Shown here: in pieces, positions 1-8,238 of the stretch
Layout: each line of letters starts with the position of its first letter
How positions within the stretch are numbered: the stretch's first letter is position 1
Assembly: GCA_028823345.1 (NCBI GenBank)
Contig: JAPKBR010000009.1
Span: 26,551 to 90,550, forward strand
Length of the DNA: 64,000 bases
Reading direction: 5' to 3'
Origin: Planctomycetota bacterium
GTDB taxonomy: Bacteria > Planctomycetota > UBA1135 > GCA-002686595
Program-made: the position numbers and the translations under genes
Notes under the pieces: generated by a model
What the model saw: the letters and a program-made list of their open reading frames with translations, nothing else
Databases searched by the model: none
Told to the model about the DNA's origin: nothing

Positions 1-1
1 C

Positions 2-556
2 CGCGCCACCCTCGATGCCTTCATGGTCGATGAGGAATGCATGAGCGCCGTGGCCGCTTTCGCCGGGGCTGCGGCCAGCACCCTGCGAGCTGGCGGGCTG
101 CTCATGTCCTGCGGTAACGGCGGGTCCATGTGCGATGCGATGCACTTTGCTGAAGAATTCACCGGGCGCTTTCGCGGCAATCGGCGGCCCCTGCCCGCGA
201 TCGCATTCTCGGACCCCAGTCACCTGACCTGCATCGCCAATGATTTTGGCTATGAAGAAGTCTTTGCCAGGGAAGTCGAAGCCTATGGCAAACAGGGCGA
301 CCTGTTGCTGGTGATTTCTACCTCAGGGAACTCGCCCAACATCGAACGGGCAATTGCCGCGGCCAAGCAGCGAGGCATCCACGTGGTTGGGCTCTTGGGG
401 AAACACGGGGGCAAGGCGAAGTCCCTAGTGGACACGGCGATTGTTGTGCCCTTGGCTACGACCTCAGACCGTATTCAAGAGCTGCACATCAAAGTGCTGC
501 ACATTGTGATCGAGGCGGTTGAGCGCGAGCTCTTCCCAGAGAACTACTCAAAGTAA
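2..556 (+). CDS. gmhA: Phosphoheptose isomerase (SIS domain, GmhA/DiaA family), 5' end cut by the window edge
   Basis: Motifs CGNGGSMCDAMHFAEEF, ISTSGNSPN and RIQELHIKVLH fit GmhA. The frame is open back to the window start. Confidence 0.85.
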   Translation, partial: RATLDAFMVDEECMSAVAAFAGAAASTLRAGGLLMSCGNGGSMCDAMHFAEEFTGRFRGNRRPLPAIAFSDPSHLTCIANDFGYEEVFAREVEAYGKQGDLLLVISTSGNSPNIERAIAAAKQRGIHVVGLLGKHGGKAKSLVDTAIVVPLATTSDRIQELHIKVLHIVIEAVERELFPENYSK

Positions 557-727
557 CTGCCCGCTAGCCGAGGTCGAATCTAAGGGACGCTGGGTCTAAG
601 TTGTGTGCCCCGCGGCTCTCGCAAGAACCCCTTTAGCAAGGGCAGGCCCGAGCCTCTCCCGCAAACAGCTAAACCGCTGGAAACGCCCGCCTAAGGGCAA
701 ATGGCACCATTCGGCCGACACCAAGCC

Positions 728-1435
728 CTAGGCCTTTTCGCGTACCTCACAGCGACCATCGGGATAACCGATCACCACCGCGTGGGCGAGGTTGATGAAC
801 AAGCCGGACTCCACAATGCCGGGAATGGCGTCGAGGGCCAGCTCCAATGCGGCCGGGTCCTGAATGCCATCGGGAAAATGACAGTCGAGAATCTCATTGC
901 CGTTGTCTGTCAGAAAGGGTGACCCTTCCTCGGTCATGCGAAGCGTGGGATCGGCACCGAAGGGTCGGATCCGACGCGCCATTAGGGGTCGCGCAAAGGG
1001 CACAACCTCCACGGGCAAGGAAAACGTCGTCCCCAAACGCGGCACGACCTTTTCTGGCCCCACCACGATCACCTCGCGCTTCGAGATGCTGGCCACGACC
1101 TTTTCACGCAGAAGGGCTCCGCCGCCGCCCTTGATCATCTGGAACTCCCCATCAATCTCATCGGCCCCGTCGATGCACAGATCGATGGACTCAACCTCGT
1201 CCAAACTGACGAGGGGGATGCCCATCTCCTCCGCCTTGATTTCCGTATCAATCGAGGTGGCCACGGCGGTGACCACAAGGCCTTCCTCTTGAATGCGCTC
1301 CGCCAGGCGGGTGAGCACAAAAAAGACCGTGGAGCCGGTTCCGAGGCCCACTACCGAGTTGGACTGGACCATTTCTGCGGCGCGGCGGCCTGCAATCTGC
1401 TTGGGGTTGTAATTTTCGACCATTGCGAAGGCCAT
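728..1435 (-). CDS. rpiA: Ribose-5-phosphate isomerase A
   Basis: Motifs GLGTGSTV, DGADEID and KGGGGALLREK. The ORF opens at 1489, but the Met at 1435 (or 1423) gives a family-typical N-terminus. Confidence 0.9.
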   Translation of the reverse strand: MAFAMVENYNPKQIAGRRAAEMVQSNSVVGLGTGSTVFFVLTRLAERIQEEGLVVTAVATSIDTEIKAEEMGIPLVSLDEVESIDLCIDGADEIDGEFQMIKGGGGALLREKVVASISKREVIVVGPEKVVPRLGTTFSLPVEVVPFARPLMARRIRPFGADPTLRMTEEGSPFLTDNGNEILDCHFPDGIQDPAALELALDAIPGIVESGLFINLAHAVVIGYPDGRCEVREKA

Positions 1436-1563
1436 GGTAGAGGGGCGCATGGGCTGGAAACCAGCATCTAGGGCGTTTGGGGGTGCCAAAGACAGATCCT
1501 CGGGCGTCCCACCTAGAGAATGCGCACTATAGCCCCTTGCGCGCGGCCCTCGATCTGGCGATA

Positions 1564-1580
1564 TTGAGACGCAGTCTCAA
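1564..1580. promoter_or_regulatory. Perfect 7-3-7 inverted repeat TTGAGAC-GCA-GTCTCAA, candidate metalloregulator operator for feoAB
   Basis: Palindrome read directly from the sequence. It ends 13 nt before the feoA ATG, in the rpiA/feoA divergent region. Confidence 0.45.
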
Positions 1581-1593
1581 CTAAGATCCCCCC

Positions 1594-1827
1594 ATGCCCC
1601 CCCTCCAAGACCTACGCCCAGGCGAGTCAGCCACCCTCACCGAGGTGCACGGCCAGCGCTCGTTCCGACGGCGCCTCCTCGAACTTGGCCTCGTGCCCGG
1701 TACCGAGGTGCGTTTACTCCGCCATTCGCGGGTGCATCACCTGGTCGAGGTTGAAGCCCGCGGATCTCGCTTGTCGCTCCGTACCTCCGAAGCTGCACGA
1801 CTGATGGTCTCGGCCCCGAAGGCTTGA
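1594..1827 (+). CDS. feoA: Ferrous iron transport protein A
   Basis: 77 aa with a FeoA-like pattern (LRPGESATLTEV..., LELGLVPGTEVRLL). It lies 4 nt upstream of feoB. Confidence 0.85.
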   Translation: MPPLQDLRPGESATLTEVHGQRSFRRRLLELGLVPGTEVRLLRHSRVHHLVEVEARGSRLSLRTSEAARLMVSAPKA

Positions 1828-1831
1828 ATCT

Positions 1832-3964
1832 ATGAGCGCTTCCTTTTCCGCGACCCCTCGCATCGTCGTCGCGGGTAACCCAAATGCTGGCAAGACCAGC
1901 ATCTTCAACCTGCTGACGGGCCTCAACCTGAAGGTGGGCAACTACCCGGGTGTCACCGTGGATCGACACTCCGGCAAGGTAAACCTGTCCGGCGGTCAGG
2001 CGTTTATCGAGGACCTGCCCGGCACCTATTCCCTTTCCGCCCGCAGCGCCGAAGAGGAAATCGCCATGTCCTCCCTGGCTGGGCACCCACCCTATGTGAT
2101 GCCGGATTTGGTGCTGCTGGTCATCGATGGCACCCAGTTGGCCCGCAACCTCTACTTGGTGTTGCAAGTGCTCGAGCTTGGCATCCCTTGTGTTTGCGCC
2201 ATCAGCATGACCGACCAGGTAGAGCTAGCCGGTGACTCCCTCGACATCGAGGCCATGAGCGCCGCCCTCGGTGTCACGGTCGTTCCCACGGCAGCTCGCA
2301 CGGGTCAAGGCCTAGAGCAACTCAAGATTGCGCTTAGCGACGCACTCAAAGAACGCCGCCGCCCGCCTGTTCCCCCGGGCCTTCCCCCCTCCGGAGGAGA
2401 ACTGGAACACAGCTTGGAGCGCATCGGCGATCAAGTTCCCGATGACTGGCATCACGGGGATGTGCGCCGACGCGACGCTCTGGCTCGCTGGGCCCTGCTT
2501 TCCCTCGACCCCACAGATGAGCTCAGCGGCCTGCCCGATTCCTTGCGGACCACGGTCAACGAAGAGCGCGACAGGCTAGAAAGCACCGGGGAGGACGCGG
2601 ACCTCATGCTGATTGGGCCCCGTTACGCCTGGATCGATGAGCACGTGGGGGAATTCCTACACAGCAAACCCGCAGCACCCGCCCAGCGGTCGTGGTCCGA
2701 ACGTTTTGATCGGGTTCTGCTTCACCCCCTACTTGGGTTGCCGATTTTCTTGATCGTCATGGCGGCCCTCTTCCAGTCACTCTTCGCTTGGGCCGATCCA
2801 ATGATTGGCGGAGTGGAGGGGATCTTTGGACAGTTCGCCACGTTTGTGCGAGGGCACATGCAAGAGGGATACTTGCGCGAGTTCGTCACCGAGGGCCTGA
2901 TCGCAGGAGTCGGAGCCGTCGTGGTCTTCCTGCCCCAGATTCTGTTGCTGTTCCTTTTCCTGGGCGTACTGGAATCATCGGGGTACATGGCGAGAGTTGC
3001 TTGGCTGATGGATCGCCTAATGCGTTCCATGGGCCTCACCGGCCGAGCCTTTGTGCCCATGCTATCGGGCTACGCCTGCGCAATCCCGGCCATCATGGCC
3101 ACGCGCACCATGGAAAGAAAACGGGACCGCCTGAAGACCATGCTGGTGGTGCCCCTGATGACCTGCTCCGCGCGCTTGCCGGTCTACACCCTGATCATCG
3201 CTACCCTCTTTCCCACCGAAGCCTGGTTTGGTCTATCCACCGCCTCGCTCTTGATGGTGGGTATGTACCTCTTCGGCACGGTCATCGCCCTGTTAGCCGC
3301 AGCGGTGCTTTCCCGGACTGTGCTCTCGGGCCCAGCGGTTCCCCTGGTGCTTGAGCTGCCCGCCTATCGCAGACCAGAGCCCATCCGAATCATTCAGGAA
3401 GCATGGCTCAAGGGCCGCGCTTTCCTTTCGGAGGCCGGCACCATCATCCTGGTTTCAACCATCGTCCTGTGGGTCTTGCTCTCGTTTCCCCAACGGGATT
3501 CCATGCCCAACGAAAGCCCCGCCGAAGCCCACGCAATCCAACTGGAATCGAGCTACGCTGGCCAGATAGGGCACTTCATCGAGCCAACCCTAGCGCCCCT
3601 GGGATTCGAATGGCGCATCGCCGTTGGCTTGATCGGCGCTTTTGCTGCGCGCGAAGTCTTCATTTCCACCCTCGGCATTGTGCACGGGGTAGGAGATGAG
3701 GCAGACGAAGAATCTTCCTCCCTCCGGCAACGCCTGCGAGATGCGAGGCGCACCGATGGCACGCCCTTGTACACGCCACTGGTGGGGCTGTCCCTGCTGG
3801 TGTTCTTCGCCCTCGCGTGCCAGTGTCTCTCGACCTTGGCGGTGGTGCGCCGGGAAACTGCAACCTGGCGCTGGCCCGCATTTTTGCTGGCCTACATGAC
3901 AGTGCTATCTTGGGTAGCCAGCGCCGTGGTCTACCAAACGGGTTTGGCCCTCGGGTTTACTTAG
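1832..3964 (+). CDS. feoB: Ferrous iron transporter B
   Basis: N-terminal G domain (VAGNPNAGKTSIFNLLTG, DLPGTYS) followed by a polytopic membrane domain; 710 aa. Confidence 0.95.
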   Translation: MSASFSATPRIVVAGNPNAGKTSIFNLLTGLNLKVGNYPGVTVDRHSGKVNLSGGQAFIEDLPGTYSLSARSAEEEIAMSSLAGHPPYVMPDLVLLVIDGTQLARNLYLVLQVLELGIPCVCAISMTDQVELAGDSLDIEAMSAALGVTVVPTAARTGQGLEQLKIALSDALKERRRPPVPPGLPPSGGELEHSLERIGDQVPDDWHHGDVRRRDALARWALLSLDPTDELSGLPDSLRTTVNEERDRLESTGEDADLMLIGPRYAWIDEHVGEFLHSKPAAPAQRSWSERFDRVLLHPLLGLPIFLIVMAALFQSLFAWADPMIGGVEGIFGQFATFVRGHMQEGYLREFVTEGLIAGVGAVVVFLPQILLLFLFLGVLESSGYMARVAWLMDRLMRSMGLTGRAFVPMLSGYACAIPAIMATRTMERKRDRLKTMLVVPLMTCSARLPVYTLIIATLFPTEAWFGLSTASLLMVGMYLFGTVIALLAAAVLSRTVLSGPAVPLVLELPAYRRPEPIRIIQEAWLKGRAFLSEAGTIILVSTIVLWVLLSFPQRDSMPNESPAEAHAIQLESSYAGQIGHFIEPTLAPLGFEWRIAVGLIGAFAAREVFISTLGIVHGVGDEADEESSSLRQRLRDARRTDGTPLYTPLVGLSLLVFFALACQCLSTLAVVRRETATWRWPAFLLAYMTVLSWVASAVVYQTGLALGFT

Positions 3965-6383
3965 CAGGCAACAAGAACTCGGCGAAGTCCGCGGCGAAGG
4001 CAACCCCCGCATGCACCCGGAGCACTTTTTTCGTGTCCGGATCCATGACGACGAAAATCGGGAGGGCGAGGTTGTTGGTCAGGTCTAACTGCAACGCCTT
4101 GTTAGCTGCAGCATGGGAACCAAGATCACAGTGCAAGCGCACTTCAACAAAGCCACTTTTTAGGATTCCGGCGACCGCCGGAGCAGGGAGGATTTTGCCC
4201 TCCATCACGCGACAGTTCACTCAGTTGAAGCCGGTGAAGTTGATCAACAGTAATTTGTCTTGGGACTTCGCTTTCGCAATAGCACCCTCGTAGTCGTCAG
4301 TCAGCAACTCCCAGCCCGCACCGGATGTGTGCTCATCACCGCCTGCGGCTGAGCGCACGGGAGCCGTTGAATAGGGCGGCGCAAAGGCGGTTAGCAATGG
4401 GTCCATCTGAAAGCCGAGGGTCAAGAACCCACAGTAGATCGCAAACAGGAAGGTCACAATTCCACCAACCATGCGGCCAGGAGAAACGATTCCGTCCTCC
4501 TCACCCTTAAGGTTGATCTTGCCGAAGAGGTACATGGCCGCGACCATGAAGATGCCCGCCCAGAGGATCAGGAAAACCTCCTTCGACAGGAAGCCCCACT
4601 CCCAAGCCAGGTCCGCCACAGACAAGAACTTCAGGCTGGCCGCTAACTCAACGAAACCCAGGAACACTTTCAGGGTGTTCATCCAAGCTCCAGCATTGGG
4701 CATCTTCTGCGCGCGACTAGGGAACAGGCTCAGGAAGACAAAGGGCGTCGCCATGGTTAATCCAAAGACCCCCATGCCCAGCACGACGCGCATCAAACCC
4801 TGTTCGCCCCCGCGTGCCAGCAAGGTCCCCACGAAGGGGGCCGTACAGGTGAACGACGTGATCACGAGAGTGAGGCCCATCATGAAGACGCCGATCAAGC
4901 CCCCCGTGGAACTGGCTTTGCCTGCTGCGCGCATCAAGAATTGAGGCGGCTGCAGGTTGACCCAGCCAAAGAGGACTAGAGCGAAGAAGACAAACATGGC
5001 CGCAATCACCAAGTTGAAAACTGGATGGTTGGCGAACTCTTGAATGGGTGCGCCCACCACCACGCCGATCACGATAAACACCGCTACGATGCCAGCGCCA
5101 TAGGCCAAGGCCAGGGAAAGAACCTTGCCGTCCCGCGCAAGCGCCTGCTTGGTGAAGAACGAGATCGTGATTGGGATCATCGGATAGGTGCAAGGCATCA
5201 GCAAGGTGATCAAGCCCCAGAAGAACGCCTCAAGCAGGAACGACCCGAGGGGTTTTTCCTCCCCGACGGGGAAGCTTGGGCCCTCAGTGCTATCGCTCGG
5301 TGTGACCCCAGCCCCAGGGGTTGGCACAACAAGCGCCGCAACCTTGGCAGTCGGGGCAGCCTTGGTTTGGGTGTAGTCCAGGCACCCCACGTCGTCGCAG
5401 GTCTGCCCCGCGACGGTCACGCTGAATTTGCCCAAAGCAGCCGCATCGGTCACGCGCCCTGGAACTTCGATCACAAAGGTGCCGTGGTGCGTGGCAACAT
5501 CAATCTCATCAAAGTCGTTGTTCATCCCCAGGATGAAGCCCGGTTCCGGAAACAGGGGTCCGGCCCATTCGATGCCCGCCCCTTCTACCGTGACCGTAGT
5601 GGGAACGCCCACGGCTCCTCCGGGAGCCATGTCCTCCTCGGTCGGTCCGTTGTAAAGGTGGTACTTGCCCGAAACCGCCACCTCGACTCGCAGCATTGCA
5701 TTCGTCCCATCGTGTTCCACCGTGGCCGAAAAGTCCGCCATCCGGTCCGATGCAAAGGAGGGAGACCAGTCAAAATCTTGAGCGTGCGCCGGATCATCAC
5801 CATGGTCCTGCTCAGGATCGTCAGCCGCGTGTGTTTCAACGGCAACTGCGGCAGTACCCCAAGGAACATCCGCAACGTCGGCCTCGGGTGCCTCGTTGTG
5901 GTCGTCCACGCCCAGGGGGAAGTTCGCGAACAGGGCATCCGCACCCGCGCCCTTAGTGGTCAAGCTGTCAGAGTAAGGAGTGCAAACCCGGTCGTCGCAG
6001 ATTTGCCCCACCACCTTGACCGCGATCCCATCGGGGTCGTCGCCCAGGACCAAACCAAGTCCGTGGACCAAAATCGTGCCTTCGTGCTTCTCGTAGACTT
6101 TTTCGGTGAACTTATCAAAGCCCGACATGGGCACTGGCATCAACCAGGTCTCCCACTCCACGTCATCCCCAACCCCTTTCAAGATCGTGGGGATGCCCGC
6201 GAACTCGGAGTCTGAGAAACTGTCGTGGTACAGGTGGTAGCCCTCATCGATCTCAATACGGACCACGGCCTGCACCAGATCGCCGTCAAGACGCGTGAAG
6301 AGTTCAGCGCGAGCGCGTTGCTGGGCCGGTGCTGCGACCGCCATGAGGGCCATCAGGACGGGAAAGAGGAGGATTTGATACAT
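3957..6383 (-). CDS. dsbD: DsbD-family thiol:disulfide interchange protein, with an in-frame TGA (4221-4223) read as probable selenocysteine in a UxxC thioredoxin motif
   Basis: Signal peptide; two DsbD-alpha-like domains (GQICDDRVC, GQTCDDVGC); CcdA-type membrane core (LLMPCTYPMIP, SFTCTAPF). The junction reads ...LLINFTGFN-TGA-VNCRVMEG..., followed by 87 in-frame codons of thioredoxin-like sequence. Confidence 0.75.
4168..4203 (-). promoter_or_regulatory. Candidate SECIS region: two hairpins downstream of the in-frame UGA
   Basis: On the mRNA: GGAGG-GCAAAAU-CCUCC (4187-4203) and CCGGC-GGUC-GCCGG (4168-4181). A GGUC apical loop also occurs in the E. coli fdhF SECIS. Here the distance from UGA is about 45 nt, longer than in fdhF. 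Confidence 0.4.
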
Positions 6384-6422
6384 GTTGTTCTTGGGTCTCG
6401 GGTGCTTAGGGTAGCGAGTTCG

Positions 6423-7379
6423 TCAGCCCGAAAGTGCGTCGGTGGGATTCACGTGAACCGCAACCTCTACGATCGCTTTCTCTGACTTGATAACGGCTTC
6501 TTCGACCGCATGGGCGATTTCATGGCCTTGACGCACGGTAAATTCACCGTTCACGCTGATTTCCATGTCCACCCGCAGGATGCTGCCGAGAGGGTGAGCC
6601 GCAATGGAGCCCACCTCACGCACACCGTGCACCGCGCGGGCCACCTCCGTCACGCGCCCTCGTAGGCCCGTATCGGTGATTCGATCTGTAAGCGTATCGA
6701 AAGAAGTACTGACGGTCCTAAGCCCCATCGCCAACACAAACAAGCCGATCAACGAAGTCGCCGCAACTTCGACCCACGCAAAGCCAAAGGCACTGGATCC
6801 CACGCCGATCACCACCAACGCGCTGGTCCAAACATCCGAATGATTGTCCGCCGCCAATGCCGCAAGGGTCAGGCTGTCGGTTTGTTTTGCGGCGCGCGTG
6901 GTCAAGTGTGTCAGCCAAACATTTGCCAAGATCGAAACCGAGGCAGCCCCCAAAGCAATCCACGCCTCGGATCCTTCGTAGGTCACACCATCCCCGCCCA
7001 GGACAGACCATAGGACGCCGCTGCCAGTCAGGGCCAACAAGCAACCGACTACCAACGCCGCCACCGCCTCCATTTTGCCGTGCCCATAGTGATGGTCCTC
7101 ATCGGCAGGCTGCTGCGCCCAGCGCCAAGACAACCAGGCCAAACTGTTGGTGGCCAAATCTCCCAGGGAGTGATAGCCGTCTGCCAACAAGGAAGGAGAA
7201 CCGGACAGGAGCCCGGCCAATACCTTGAGCACGGCCAGGGAGGTGTTGACCCAAATCCCTGTCACAAGCACGTGTTCGGCGTTGGCGTGGGAGGGCGTGG
7301 GGTCTGGGTCGGCCATAGGGGTCGGGATGAGGGGCTGCAGAAGGCCTGCTCGGTGGTTCCGATCAGGGAAAGGGTGCAA
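6423..7379 (-). CDS. Cation diffusion facilitator (CDF) family metal efflux transporter
   Basis: Polytopic N-terminal part, HYGHGKMEA motif, and a C-terminal cytoplasmic domain (VHGVREV...HPLG, VEVAVHVNP). The start could be the Met at 7316. Confidence 0.85.
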   Translation of the reverse strand: MHPFPDRNHRAGLLQPLIPTPMADPDPTPSHANAEHVLVTGIWVNTSLAVLKVLAGLLSGSPSLLADGYHSLGDLATNSLAWLSWRWAQQPADEDHHYGHGKMEAVAALVVGCLLALTGSGVLWSVLGGDGVTYEGSEAWIALGAASVSILANVWLTHLTTRAAKQTDSLTLAALAADNHSDVWTSALVVIGVGSSAFGFAWVEVAATSLIGLFVLAMGLRTVSTSFDTLTDRITDTGLRGRVTEVARAVHGVREVGSIAAHPLGSILRVDMEISVNGEFTVRQGHEIAHAVEEAVIKSEKAIVEVAVHVNPTDALSG

Positions 7380-7427
7380 CCGCCTCTGACCCTAGTGTAA
7401 GGTTCAGCTCGGTACCCTGGAGTCCCC

Positions 7428-8147
7428 ATGAAAGCGACCTTGCCCCTTTTGGCCCTGCCCCTCACCCTCCTGCCCCTCTTTGGAGCCCTGCAGGACGAGC
7501 CCGCCCCCCAAGAAACTGACCAGCGGGCGGAGGTTGAAACCCGAGACATCTTTGGCCGTGTGCGCACGGGCGCCATGTCCGACCTGCAGCTCAGAATACA
7601 AGGCTGCTGGCGCCTGATGGACGTATCCATGCCGGACATGCCCACAAACGGAGGCTCGGCCAATGGCTTCCTCCTGGTGAGCGCCAACTTCCTCTCCATG
7701 GAGATCCAGGCATCCTGGGCCACGCCCCGTGATCCGGTACCCGACGCATTCCAAACGGGCCACAGCGAATACTCCCTCGATCGTGACGGGGTCATGACCT
7801 TGACCTCTCTGATTGGCTCCTACCTGGACACATCGGGGGAGGAACTGGTCTGGGAGGCCGGAGGCACAGAACGTGAGATCTCGGTTCATATGCCCACGGC
7901 CAATATGCTGATCATGGAATCGGCCCTCGGCCCCAAGCTGACCTTTGCCCGCAACCTGCCCAGCAACAGCGTTCGTTGGTCGATCTTTGGAACTGTCGAA
8001 GAGGGCCCCGAACCCGAGCGCGACCCCCTTGGCCAACCCAAGCCCGTGGAAATTAAATCCGAGGCCGAGGCTGAAGCCGATCCGGTCGAGACCGACATCT
8101 TTGGACGGCCCATCGAAAAGGCCCCGCAGGACAAAGACAGTCTTTAG
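7428..8147 (+). CDS. Hypothetical secreted protein
   Basis: Signal-peptide-like N-terminus MKATLPLLALPLTLLPLFGALQ. No family recognised. VET(R)DIFGR motif near both ends. Confidence 0.6.
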   Translation: MKATLPLLALPLTLLPLFGALQDEPAPQETDQRAEVETRDIFGRVRTGAMSDLQLRIQGCWRLMDVSMPDMPTNGGSANGFLLVSANFLSMEIQASWATPRDPVPDAFQTGHSEYSLDRDGVMTLTSLIGSYLDTSGEELVWEAGGTEREISVHMPTANMLIMESALGPKLTFARNLPSNSVRWSIFGTVEEGPEPERDPLGQPKPVEIKSEAEAEADPVETDIFGRPIEKAPQDKDSL

Positions 8148-8169
8148 AGACCCAACCATCCCTTATAAG

Positions 8170-8213
8170 AAACCGGGCCCCGTCGCTTTCCAGCAACGGG
8201 GCCCGGTTTTTAT
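8170..8213. terminator. Bidirectional intrinsic terminator between convergent genes
   Basis: 14-bp perfect stem AAACCGGGCCCCGT / ACGGGGCCCGGTTT with a 12-nt loop. It is followed by a T-run and preceded by an A-rich stretch. Confidence 0.8.
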
Positions 8214-8238
8214 TATCAGGTCCCTCGGGACCAACCGA

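Noticed and set aside
3957-4220. 87-aa ORF as an independent small gene downstream of dsbD
   Set aside because: It starts on the codon immediately after the dsbD TGA, in the same frame, with no RBS or spacer. It supplies the xxC half of the thioredoxin motif. It is better explained as the Sec read-through continuation of dsbD.
5025-6215. 396-aa plus-strand ORF
   Set aside because: It is antisense to the well-supported dsbD CDS. It is Arg/Gly/Pro-rich, which is typical of shadow ORFs in high-GC DNA. The same applies to 9592-10581 (antisense to nrdJ), 14334-15119 (gyrA), 47447-48436 (gyrB), 40139-40717 (parA-like), 44549-45262 (dnaA), 49295-50020 (gyrB), 57790-58527 (kdsC/lptD-like) and the many shorter overlapping ORFs in the track.
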